This document shows positions 25,587 to 36,274 of a DNA stretch of 64,000 bases, in pieces (positions within the stretch are counted from its first letter, which is position 1; every line of letters starts with the position of its first letter). The stretch is from Macrostomum hystrix (taxonomy: Eukaryota; Animalia; Platyhelminthes): contig CATNEN010000001.1 of NCBI GenBank assembly GCA_950097015.1, forward strand, positions 26,226,001-26,290,000, given 5' to 3'. The translations under genes were made by a program, and so were the position numbers. Under the pieces are notes generated by a model. It ran no database searches, was not told where the DNA came from, and was given only the letters and a program-made list of their open reading frames with translations.

Positions 25587-27662
25587 ATGTCAGTCAGCAG
25601 TCCAGGTGCTGAAAGTCCTGATGTCGATTGTGAAAATCATCAGCTAGGCCTGCCATCTTCAACAACTCTGTCTATTGATGAAAGATTAGAAATTTTTCTC
25701 GAAGCTAATTTGGTAGCTTCGCTAATTGATGTCAATGAATTGGGTAATTGTGGATCGACTAACAACAACTCGGCACCTGACAACTTGCTTTTGGATTCTC
25801 TTTCTACCAGCACGGATTGTGTTGTCAGCGGTGGCGGCGGTGGCGTCAGCAGGGCCATCGGTAAGCAGCGCAGGCGTGGTACCTATGATCTGACCTGCAC
25901 TGATGGCACGGAGACTTCGCCACTGCCACAGCCGCCAAACAGTTGGCTTCTGGACGAGCCGGCGCAGGATTTGAACCGCACCTTCTGTCTTGTTCCCAGC
26001 GCTGGCGACGGTGCTTCCGCTACGCCTTCATCTGCGAATGTGTCTCCTTTGATTCTAGGCGACGAGTTTCAGCATTCTACTCGACAATCGGCGTCCAGTA
26101 GGTCATCCTATGCCACTGCGAAATCGTCTTTGTCGCCATTGCAGCGTCTCGTTGAAGTTGGCGACAATGATGATGATGAAGCTTCCTCAGACGCTGCCAC
26201 AGTTTCCTATTCGCCACCTTTGCCGCCTCCGCCACCCCAGTGCCTGGCAGACGAGTCCGACAGTCTGATGGCTGAGGTGGACGAAGCCGATTGCACTCTT
26301 GTACCGCAGTCTTTGACTAAGATTCCGCCATCGCCATTGACGCTGCCTCCCAGAATTGATCAGTCTAAACTTGCGAGACCGTCTGAATACCGAGGAATTC
26401 CTGAGCAGGCTGCTCCAGATTCCGAACCAGCTTGTCAACCCACCGACCATGAGTATCTGCACTTAAGCTCTGAAAATGCAGTTTTTGAATTAGCGACTCG
26501 ATTGCACAAACCAGACGCTAAACAGTGTTCCAAAACTTCACCGAATATAGAGTACCAGTTATTAAATTTAGGTACCAAGTCACGGCACTCAGAATCTCAG
26601 CATTTGAAGTCAGATATTCAGTCGCAGTATTCGGAGTCGCATAACTTCAAGCCGGAGATCCAGTCTCACGATTCGGAGTCCCATAACCTCAAGCCGGAGA
26701 TCCAGTCTCACGATTCGGAGTCCCATAACCTCAAGCCGGAGATCCAGTCTCACGATTCGGAGTCCCATAACTTCAAGCCGGAAATCCAGTCTCACGATTC
26801 GGAGTCCCACAACTTCAAGCCGGAAATCCATTCTCACGATTCGGAGTCCCACAACTTCAAGCCGGAAATCCAGTCTCACGATTCGGAGTCCCACAACCTC
26901 AAGCCGGAAATCCAGTCTCACGATTCGGAGTCCCACAACCTCAAGCCGGAGATCCAGTCTCACGATTCGGAGTCCCATAACTTCAAGCCGGAAATCCAGT
27001 CTCACGATTCGGAGTCCCATAACTTCAAGCCGGAGATCCAGTCTCCCGATTCGGAGTCCCACAACTTCAAGCCGGAAATCCAGTCTCCCGATTCGGAGTC
27101 CCACAACTTCAAGCCGGAAATCCAGTCTCCCGATTCGGAGTCCCACAACTTCAAGCCGGAAATCCAGTCTCCCGATTCGGAGTCCCAGCCGTTGAAGTCA
27201 GAATCGAAGGCACACAATTTGCAAGCGCCACTAAATGACTCGGAGACTCAACCCGAGAATTATTTTCCTCTGCACCCAGCCGCTACTTTGCCTCGCAGGG
27301 TTGGCTCTCTGTGTCCACCAAAATCGGCGAGTTCCCTGCCTCTCCAGACTGTCTCTCAGCCTCAGAGGTTGGCTGTAGGTAGCACTGGGCTGCCTAAGTC
27401 GCGACTATCCTGCCTTCAGACGCCGCAGCAGTTCTCTGCCTCTCTGCCTGCGCCGCAGAATTCTCGCCTTCGAGCCCCGCTAGCCGTGCCGTCTCAAACA
27501 AGCGGACTGCGAGCGCCGGCTTCTCTGCCTCTGCAGCCAATCAGAACCGTTGGCAGCCGTCTACCCGGCCCAGCCAATAGTGCGTCAGCCTCGGCGGGAA
27601 CCTTTGGCGCGGCCCGTGCCTCAGGTCTGCGCAGGCCGGCTGCGATGCCTCCGCCGAGATGA
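25587..27662 (+). CDS. Ser/Pro-rich disordered protein with 14-aa tandem repeat, 691 aa (possible microtubule/EB-binding protein)
   Basis: 2076-nt open frame with coding-like composition on both sides of the repeat; RRGTY and LNRTF motifs; C-terminal basic Ser/Pro region with SRLP and TGLP (SxIP-like) motifs. Confidence 0.7.
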   Translation: MSVSSPGAESPDVDCENHQLGLPSSTTLSIDERLEIFLEANLVASLIDVNELGNCGSTNNNSAPDNLLLDSLSTSTDCVVSGGGGGVSRAIGKQRRRGTYDLTCTDGTETSPLPQPPNSWLLDEPAQDLNRTFCLVPSAGDGASATPSSANVSPLILGDEFQHSTRQSASSRSSYATAKSSLSPLQRLVEVGDNDDDEASSDAATVSYSPPLPPPPPQCLADESDSLMAEVDEADCTLVPQSLTKIPPSPLTLPPRIDQSKLARPSEYRGIPEQAAPDSEPACQPTDHEYLHLSSENAVFELATRLHKPDAKQCSKTSPNIEYQLLNLGTKSRHSESQHLKSDIQSQYSESHNFKPEIQSHDSESHNLKPEIQSHDSESHNLKPEIQSHDSESHNFKPEIQSHDSESHNFKPEIHSHDSESHNFKPEIQSHDSESHNLKPEIQSHDSESHNLKPEIQSHDSESHNFKPEIQSHDSESHNFKPEIQSPDSESHNFKPEIQSPDSESHNFKPEIQSPDSESHNFKPEIQSPDSESQPLKSESKAHNLQAPLNDSETQPENYFPLHPAATLPRRVGSLCPPKSASSLPLQTVSQPQRLAVGSTGLPKSRLSCLQTPQQFSASLPAPQNSRLRAPLAVPSQTSGLRAPASLPLQPIRTVGSRLPGPANSASASAGTFGAARASGLRRPAAMPPPR
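26630..27186 (+). repeat. 42-bp in-frame coding minisatellite (SHDSESHNFKPEIQ, ~13 copies)
   Basis: Visible tandem units gattcggagtcccacaacttcaagccggaaatccagtctcac. Confidence 0.95.
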
Positions 27663-28345
27663 TTCGGCTGGAACTTTCGAGTGCATTTTGTGGGATTTAG
27701 GAGAAGTTTTCTGCTATTTTCGACAACCGGTGTGCCCATAGATATTTTTCCCTAGGTCAGCGCGAACCAATACCAATATTCTCTGTTGCCTGCGATCGCG
27801 AGTTAGCAGGCTTGTAGTGGCACAACACTCCACTGGGGATGAGGGCAGGTCAGCAATAATAAACTCAGTTGCTTATTGCATTCGACACACTGAGCACTTT
27901 AGCTTTTTAAGATACAGAGAAATGTCTGTTTAATCAAACTGCCAATGCTTTCTGTTGCTTAGCTAAATGCAAGTAATCCAAGCATTTATTTGTTCTCAAA
28001 TAATTTGTGGCCAAACTGTGTTTTGTAACATCCTTGGCGCCACTGATTATGTCTAATAACCAAGGCTTGATATTATACTGTACATTCTCAACTTGTTAGC
28101 TATTTATTTCATTTCTAATTAAAATTCGTTTAATTGTCTTCTGTACTCAATTTTCACCGCACATGTACTTTTTAAGTAATGTAAGTTACGCTTGACTTAT
28201 TAAGCTCGATAAGCCCTGTTCGTCTTATTTTCTCTCTTTTTCAGTTTACAAATAAGTACTGCTAGACTTCTGTACTTTCCTAATAAAATGGTTATCTTCT
28301 TTGTTCTTTTATGCACTCACAGAATTGGACTGTTTAAGAAGTTGA

Positions 28346-28750
28346 TATCGGACTGTTGAAGTAGCTGAGAATGTTGGACTGTGGAAGTAGCTGAGAATGT
28401 CGGACTGTTGAAGTAGCTGAGAATGTTGGACTGTGGAAGTAGCTGAGAATGTCGGACTGTTGAAGTAGCTGAGAATGTTGGACTGTTGAAGTAGCTGGGA
28501 ATGTTGGACTGTTGAAGTAGCTGAGAATGTCGGACTGTTGAAGTAGCTGAGAATGTCGGACTGTTGAAGTAGCTGAGAATGTCGGACTGTTGAAGTAGCT
28601 GAGAATGTTGGACTGTTGAAGTAGCTGAGAATGTCGGACTGTTGAAGTAGCTGAGAATGTCGGACTGTTGAAGTAGCTGAGAATGTCGGACTGTTGAAGT
28701 AGCTGAGAATGTTGGACTGTTGAAGTAGCTGGGAATGTTGGACTGTTGAA
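28346..28750. repeat. 26-bp minisatellite (ggactgttgaagtagctgagaatgtc) just upstream of spinster
   Basis: About 15 tandem units. Confidence 0.95.
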
Positions 28751-28815
28751 GGGCTGAAGAAGACGGTTGACTTGAAGCTCTAATCAATCTAGCCATTGAC
28801 GGCGTTTCAGCGGCC

Positions 28816-31424
28816 ATGGACGACCCAGAGATCGTCCATTCCGTTGGCAACTCTCACCGCCGTTATGTGGCCTTGAATTCGTCGCTACAGGAGCAGCCGC
28901 AGACGGAGCATCAGTCTTCTTATTCAAGAGGCGGCATAGTCGTCAACGTCAATACGTCCTCGTCAGATGACGGTGATGAATTCCAGACTGCGGGACGTCG
29001 CGGAAGCTGGCGCTGCTGTAGATGCACAAACTTCACTTATGCATCGGCTGCCCTATTGTGCCTTGTGAACCTATTGAACTATGCAGACAGAAGTGCCGTA
29101 GCGGCTGTTCTGCACCGAATTAAAAGCAAATTTAATCAGGATTATTTCTCTGGTGGACTCTTGCAGACGTGCTTCATCCTGTCCTACATGGTATTGTGTC
29201 CGGTGAGTGCTGTTTTGAAAAACGATGCTCATTTCTAAAGCAACACCTACTAAACGCTTTCGATTTGTTTTACTTCTCACTGCACAGATCTTCGGCTACC
29301 TGGGTGATCGAGGACATCCTGGCAACCTGCTATTCAGCCGCAAAGGAATCATGCTGCTTGGGATCACCCTGTGGTCCGGTGTGTCTCTGGCCTCCTCGTT
29401 TGTGCCCGAGAGCTTGTTTGGCCTGCTGCTGCTGTCTCGCAGCCTTGTCGGCATCGGCGAGGCGTCGTATGCCACGGTGTCCACTCCCATCATTGCCGAC
29501 CTGTTTTCTGGCAATGCCAGAACCTGGGCTCTCATTGTCTTCAATTTGCAGGTGCGCTTGAGGTTCCCAGACCCTCAGGTTTGATCTGTCACTCTCCCAG
29601 ATCCTCAGGTTTGATCTGTCACTCTCCCAGATCGACATGTTTGATCTGTCACTCTCCCAGATCGACATGTTTGATCTGTCACTCTCCCAGATCCACAGGT
29701 TTGATCTGTCACTCTCCTAGACCCTCAGGTTTGATCTGCCACTCTCCCAGATCCTCATGTTTGATCTGTCACTCTCCCAGATCCTCATGTTTGATCTGTC
29801 ACTCTCCCACATCCTCATGTTTGATCTGTCACTCTTTGTAGATCCCACTGGGTTCGGGTCTTGGCTACGTGGCCGGCCATCTGGTTTCTGAGGCCACGGA
29901 CACCTGGAACTGGGCGCTCCGGGTGACTCCGCCGCTCGGCCTGCTCTGCGTGCCGGTGCTAGTCGCGTTATTTAAGGAGCCGCTTCGAGGCCAGTCTGGT
30001 GGACCGGCGGCCGTCGCTGCGGCCGCTCACCGGAGTCGCTGGCAGGACGACCTGCGAGCGCTGGGCAGCAATCCCAGCTTCGTGAGCTCCACTCTGGGCC
30101 TCAGTGCGGTGTGCTTCGTCTGCGGAGCTCTGAGTCTGTGGGCGCCTGAGCTGCTGAGGCTGTCAGTGCTGAGCAGAGGTGAAACTCTCGGGTGACATTC
30201 TCTGTGGGAAGAGGGTGAGATTCTCGTTAGGAAGAGGATGATATTCCCGTTAGAAAAAGGTGAGATTCCCTGTGAAAAGTGGGAGATTCTCGGTAGGAAG
30301 AGAGTGAGATTCTCGGTGGGAAGAGAGTGAGATTCTCGGTGGGAAGAGGGTGAGATTCTCGGTGGGAAGAGAGTGAGTTTCTCGGTGGGAAGAGGGTGAG
30401 ATTCTCAGTGGGAAGAGAGTGAGATTCTCGGTGGGAAGAGAGTGAGTTTCTCGGTGGGAAGAGAGTGAGATTCTCGGTGGGAAGATAGTGAGTTTCTCAG
30501 TGGGAAGAGGGTGAGTTTCTCGGTGGGAAGAGAGTGAGTTTCTCGGTGGGAAGAGAGTGAGATTCTCGGTGGGAAGAGGGTGAGTTTCTCGGTGGGAATA
30601 GGGTGAGTTTCTCAGTGGGAAGAGGGTGAGATTCTCGGTGGGAAGAGAGTGAGATTTTCAACAGGGAGAAGGTAAGATTCTTATAGGAAAGAAGATGAGA
30701 TTCTCAGTCTCATTGGGAAGAAAGTTAGATTCTCAGGCAGGGATTTCACATTGCCGTCATCCCACTCGCCGCAGAAGGCAGCCAGTCGGAGTCGAGCGGC
30801 ACAACGTTGGTGTTTGGCGGCCTGACCTGCGCTGCCGGCATCTGTGGCGTGGCCAGCGGCACGGAACTCGCCAGACGCCTGCGCCCCAGGACCGCACGAG
30901 CAGATCCTCTGGTGTGCGCTGGCGGCCTGCTGATCTCCGTGCCGCTGCTCATGGCCACCATGTTGACTGTGCGCTCCCATCTCTACCTGGCCTATGTGCT
31001 CTTGTTCCTGGGTGAGATGGCAGTGTTCAGCAACTGGGCCCTGGTCATGGACATCCTCATGCGAGTGTGCCATCCGGGCCAGCGGGCCACGGCCACCGGC
31101 CTGAGTACACTCTGCTCGCACCTGCTCGGCGATGCCGCCTCCCCGGTCATTGTGGGCTGGCTGACCGACCGGCTCAAACACGGCCAGTCAGACAGTGCCT
31201 ACCTACAGTTTGTCACTCTGCGGAGGTCCCTGTACATCTGCCTGTTTCTGCTGGTGGCCGGAGCTGCCGGATTCCTGGCTTGCGCTGTTCGCTACCCGGA
31301 CGACTGCCGGCTTGTGAGCCAAATTGAAGAGGCCGCCCTGCTGGCTTCGGGGGCGGACAGCGACAGTGGCGACACTTTTGGGATTGCTGAAGATCGGCCG
31401 CTGACGGGTGCGAATTTAGCCTGA
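28816..31424 (+). CDS. SPNS1: Spinster-family MFS lysosomal transporter; exons 28816-29202, 29288-29551, 29842-30178, 30775-31424; ~545 aa
   Basis: [81 protein letters not shown] and SHLLGDAASP are spinster signatures; GT-AG phases consistent. Confidence 0.92.
29565..29836. repeat. 30-bp minisatellite filling SPNS1 intron 2
   Basis: (ttgatctgtcactctcccagatcctcaggt), about 9 copies. Confidence 0.95.
30200..30740. repeat. 23-bp minisatellite filling SPNS1 intron 3
   Basis: (gagattctcggtgggaagagagt)n with degenerate edges. Confidence 0.92.
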
Positions 31425-32375
31425 GGCTTGTGATGTGTGTAGCCTGAGGCTTGGGATGTGTCTGTAGCCTGAGGCTTGTGATGTGTGTAGCCTGAGGCTT
31501 GGGATGTGTGTAGCCTGAGGCTTGGGGTGTGTGTGTAGCCTGAGGCTTGGGGTGTGTGTGTAGCCTGAGGCTTGGGGTGTGTGTGTAGCCTGAGGCTTGT
31601 GATGTGTGTAGCCTGAGGCTTGTGATGTGTGTAGCCTGAGGCTTGTGATGTGTGTAGCCTGAGGCTTGTGATGTGTGTAGCCTGAGGCTTGTGATGTGTG
31701 TAGCCTGAGGCTTGTGATGTGTGTAGCCTGAGGCTTGTGATGTGTGTAGACTGAGGCTTGTGATGTGTGTAGCCTGAGGCTTGTGATGTGTGTAGCCTGA
31801 GGCTTGGGATGTGTGTAGCCTGAGGCTTGGGGTGTGTGTAGCCTGAGGCTTGGGGTGTGTGTAGTCTGAGGCTTGGGATGTGTGTAGCCTGAGGCTTGGG
31901 GTGTGTGTAGCCTGAGGCTTGTGATGTGTGTAGTCTGAGGCTTGGGGTGTGTGTAGCCTGAGGCTTGGGGTGTGTGTAGTCTGAGGCTTGGGGTGTGTGT
32001 GTAGTCTGAGGCTTGGGGTGTGTGTAGTCTGAGGCTTGGGGTGTGTGTAGCCTGAGGCTTGTGATGTGTGTAGTCTGAGGCTTGGGGTGTGTGTAGCCTG
32101 AGGCTTGGGATGTGTGTAGCCTGAGGCTTGGGGTGTGTGTGTAGCCTGAGGCTTGTGATGTGTGTAGCCTGAGGCTTGTGATGTGTGTAGTCTGAGGCTT
32201 GGGGTGTGTGTAGTCTGAGGCTTGGGGTGTGTGTAGTCTGAGGCTTGGGGTGTGTGTAGTCTGAGGCTTGGGGTGTGTGTAGTCTGAGGCTTGGGGTGTG
32301 TGTGTGTAGCCTGAGGTTCGGATGTGTGTAGCCTGAGGCTTGGGGTGTGTGTGTAGCCTGAGGTTCGGATGTGTT
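31417..32375. repeat. 23-bp minisatellite starting at the SPNS1 stop codon
   Basis: (tagcctgaggcttgtgatgtgtg), about 40 copies. Confidence 0.97.
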
Positions 32376-32632
32376 TCTGATTGAGCTTAATGTGATGATT
32401 TTTTAGGTTTTTTAGTAGGTAGCATCATAATTGTTTTACTTGCTGATAACTTGAGGCTGTGATAGCTACTGCCAGTAGCATATACGAGAAAGTGCCCTTT
32501 TTCATTCAAGACCTTAAATATTGACAAATCGAGTTATTTTATATCTGCAGTAATTTTTCTGTTTATCAAATAACGGACATTAGTTGTAGTGCTTGTTTCG
32601 TTTCGTCAAGATGCAATGTCAATGATCGTTAA

Positions 32633-32978
32633 CAGTAGAACTACCAAGGGGGCATTTCCTCCCCTGACAGTTTTTTTTGTGCTGCACCCGAACGAAGAAA
32701 CTCAAGAACACGGGTCACATTTTTGTTGCGCATCTTCTGAAACAATCATCTAGTCGTCAGCTCTTCAGATCGTCGAGATACCTTGCCAGGCCTTTATTAT
32801 GGACACGCTGACGCGAATTTCTCAAAGTTCACTGATCAAGCCAAATTATATTAAGCGCAGCTCAACCACAGGACACCCTCGAACACCCTGCTGTTAGCAG
32901 TCGGGCGATGCCAAGAAATTTCAGCGGGGAGACCTTTGGTATTAAAACTGGCGGCCAAATGGCTTGGTAGTTCTACTG
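32633..32978. mobile_element. piggyBac-like MITE, 346 bp, TTAA TSD
   Basis: TTAA|cagtagaactaccaag ... cttggtagttctactg|TTAA, perfect 16-bp TIRs. Confidence 0.88.
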
Positions 32979-33599
32979 TTAAGGAGCTTTCCAAAATTGA
33001 CAATCAGTTGGCTTTTCAGATGTATTTTTACAATGAAAAAAATTCTTTTTGCTTTATTCTTCTCTTACTACTGAAATCCTTCTGTACAGTAGAGTGGTTA
33101 AAACGAATGTCTTTGATACAGTATTTGCACACAACAGGAAATATTTTCTCTTTTGAATCTCGAATTAACTTTTGTTTTTCTGCCATTTTCTCTTCTTTTA
33201 CTTGCTGTTTTTATACTGCTTTGGTGCTTCAGACACAATCTTTTGATTTTATTTACTGACTACTTGTTCATTAAATAAAGTAGCTAGTGTGTAATGATAA
33301 TGTGGTTTTCAAAATTAGTCTTTCTTACTTCAATTTTGTAAGCCTAACCGTTTTCTTCTAGGAAACAAAATGTTGCTGTTGCAAAAAGTAGAGCCAGTTA
33401 CTTGTATATTGCAGATACTGTTTCTTTACTAGTTCCACCTCAAGTGAAGACTTTATTTTTTAACCTCTTCACAAAATATTATTACATTTGTACACTTCCG
33501 TCATTTTGCAAAATAAAATCTTTATGGGACCTCGTTTGAGGAAGTATAATTGCTGATTTATAATCGCTATTATTGTGTGTAGAGAAAAATAAGTTGATT

Positions 33600-34125
33600 G
33601 GGGAAGAGAAAAGGATATTGTAGGGGAGAAAGGGAGATTGGGTAGAGAAAAGTATATTTGAGGAGAAAGAATGATATTGGGGGGAGAAAGAAGGATATTA
33701 GGGGGAGAAAGAATGATATTGGGGGAGAAAGAATGATATTGGGGGATAAAGAAGGATATTGGGGGGAGAAAGAATGATATTAGGGGGAGAGAAAGAAGGA
33801 TATTGGGGGGAGATAAAGAAGGATATTGGGGGAGATAAAGAAGGATATTGGGGGGAGAAAGAAGGGTATTGGGGGGAGAGAAAGAAGGATATTGGGGGAG
33901 ATAAAGAAGGATATTAGGGGAGATAAAGAAGGATATTGGGGGAGATAAAGAAGGATAATGGGGGAGATAAAGAAGGATATTGGGGGAGATAAAGAAGGAT
34001 ATTGGGGGAGATAAAGAAGGATATTGGGGGAGATAAAGAAGGATATTGGGGGAGATAAAGAATGATATTGGGGGGAGAAAGAACGTATTAGGTATACAGA
34101 AGCAGATTAGGGTAGGGGAGAAAGA
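33600..34125. repeat. ~22-bp purine-rich minisatellite (gggggagataaagaaggatatt)
   Basis: Visible tandem units ending ~45 bp before the mRpL50 acceptor. Confidence 0.92.
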
Positions 34126-34171
34126 AATCTGAATGCTTTAGTATTACAGAATCATTGTGTTACTCTTCCAG

Positions 34172-34990
34172 TCCGGCCTTCTATCATTGAGTCGCACTCG
34201 GCTGTTCTGCCGGCTGTTGCCGCAGCAGCAGCAGCTTGCCCGCTCCTACGGTCTGTTCAACTCGTCGGACAGCAAGAAGTCCGGGCCCAGTCTGAAGGGC
34301 CTGATCGACGCGGCCAGGAATGTCGCGGGCAAGAAGTCTCGAAAGGTCGAGGTAGCGGAGCAGGTGAAGGCGGCTGCTGAAGCGGCTGAAGAGCTGGATA
34401 ACGCCAGTTCGCCGGCCAACCGACTGTTGGACGCCGCTCAGCGTTTCGATGCCGCGTTTCGCAGATCAGCCGATGATAACGCTGCATTGGTTGCCATGGC
34501 AACGCCGGAGACTATCACTGCTGGCGTCCTGGAGGCCGCGAAATCCGCCAGCCTGTTCGTGGACGCTTCGGCACCGGCGAATTTCCGATCGATCAGCCTG
34601 CGGGCGGATCCGGCCGCCAAGTTCGCCTTCCTGACGGACTGCGTCCGCCGTTTCTCCCGACCGATTCCCAATTCTAGCCTGTCCGACCTGGCCACAGTTG
34701 GCCAAGCCTTGGATTTCTTCCTGCGGCCGGCCGACAAGCCCAAGGACCCGCTGAGGCAGCTGGCCGCACTGCCGGATCTGCCGCCCAATGTCCACATCCA
34801 GGTGGAGCCGTTGCGCTTCACCGACAATCCGGACTTCTTCGACGGCGTCGACGCCTTCCCGGGCCGAGATTCGCTTGTCACGCAGCCGTGGGCCCGCGCC
34901 CGCTACCGCAGCAAGATTGCGCCGCCGCTGCGCTCACCCCGGTGGAGCGGCGTCGGCCGCAACCCCGGCAGCCTGTCTGACGAAAGCTGA
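34172..34990 (+). CDS. MRPL50: Mitochondrial ribosomal protein L50 (mL50); start codon not genomically adjacent
   Basis: KFAFLTDC...IPNSSLSDLATVGQALDFF...LPPNVHIQ...RF...FDGVDAFPGRDSLV...RY resembles the invertebrate mL50 C-terminal pattern; N-terminus is Arg/Leu/Ser-rich and presequence-like; frame begins after acceptor ttactcttccag. Confidence 0.8.
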   Translation, partial: SGLLSLSRTRLFCRLLPQQQQLARSYGLFNSSDSKKSGPSLKGLIDAARNVAGKKSRKVEVAEQVKAAAEAAEELDNASSPANRLLDAAQRFDAAFRRSADDNAALVAMATPETITAGVLEAAKSASLFVDASAPANFRSISLRADPAAKFAFLTDCVRRFSRPIPNSSLSDLATVGQALDFFLRPADKPKDPLRQLAALPDLPPNVHIQVEPLRFTDNPDFFDGVDAFPGRDSLVTQPWARARYRSKIAPPLRSPRWSGVGRNPGSLSDES

Positions 34991-35139
34991 ACTTAATCTG
35001 CCTAGAGCCAACGCTGCCTGTTTTTAGGCAACTTTTTAGTACTAAATATAAAATCTAAAAATCTTATTTAATATTTTTGTGATAATCAATTAATCCAAGA
35101 ATTTTTTTGAGGATCCGAGGTTACTGAGGATCTTTCAAA

Positions 35140-35745
35140 GTCCGTAGTCCCATATTTGGAAACTGGGAAGTTACTGATCCTATTTCGGGGATTCTAGAAT
35201 GCTTAAAATCCCATTTTTAGGATCTGTCAAGCTACTGATCTTATTTGGGAATTCTAGAAAGTTTAAAATCCCTTTTTAGGGATATCTAAAGTTACTGATC
35301 CCGTTTGAGGTTCCTAGAAAGTTTTGAATCCCACCATTAAGATTGGGATTCTGAATGTTTCTAAGAATTGGGATTCTGAAGGTTTCTAAGAATTGGGATT
35401 CTGAAGGTTTTCAAAGGATTGGGATTCTGAAGGTGTGTGAAGATTGGGATTCTGAATGTTTCTAAGAATTGGGATTTTGAAGGTTTCTAAGAATTGGGAT
35501 TCTGAAGGTTTTCAAAGGATTGGGATTCTAAAGGTGTGTGAAGATTGGGATTCTGAAGGTGTGATGATTGGGATTCTGAAAGTTTGCGAGGATTGGGATT
35601 CTAAAGGTGTGTGAGGATTGGGATTCTGAAGGTGTGTGAAGATTGGGATTCTAAAGGTTTTCAAGGATTGGGATTCTGAAGGTGTGAGGATTGGGATTCT
35701 GAAGGTGTAAGGATTGGGATTCTGTAGGCATTCAAAGTATTGGGC
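35140..35745. repeat. Degenerate minisatellite (gattgggattctgaaggt...) downstream of mRpL50
   Basis: Visible ~22-24-bp units from 35340; more diverged units from 35140. Confidence 0.85.
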
Positions 35746-35751
35746 TTATGA

Positions 35752-35893
35752 AGCTGGATTAATTGAAGCGATGATGTAGTAGATAATGCAGAGTTTACTG
35801 TCTTGCTAAAGGACATTAATTGTTACAGTAAAGTCGGGAATCGAACCCTCGACCTTCAAGTCATATGTCCTTCGCTCTAACCACTAAGCTAAA
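35752..35893 (-). mobile_element. tRNA-derived SINE (5' part)
   Basis: Reverse strand tagcttagtggttagagcg (A box) ... ggttcgattccc (B box) ... aactctgcatt...atccagct, homologous to 59949-60160. Confidence 0.75.
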
Positions 35894-36274
35894 ATCTCCT
35901 TGGTTCCTTACAGACTGGTAAGATTAGATTCCCACTGTGTCCATAATCTCGTGTTTACAAGCTCATGATGCTTGCTTAATTGGGCAGAAGTCATTCCAGT
36001 GGCAGCTGGTAAGACCTATAAGCTCCAGATGGCCCAAAAGTGAGTTGAGACCCTTACAAAAAGTTTTTTTTCTAGATTCTGAGTGCTGATCTCAAAGCAT
36101 CTCCATCTGATAATCTCTTTTAGGCTCGCAAATTTCATGCGCTCTTTCCAGATTTTCGCTTAGTGCTTTTTGTCGTGGGGTGGGTGACATGGATTTATGT
36201 TCTTCAGATAATCCTTAATCCGACCCCTGAGGTAAAAGAATCTTATTAGTACTTGTGTGGGTAATTATAGTGAG

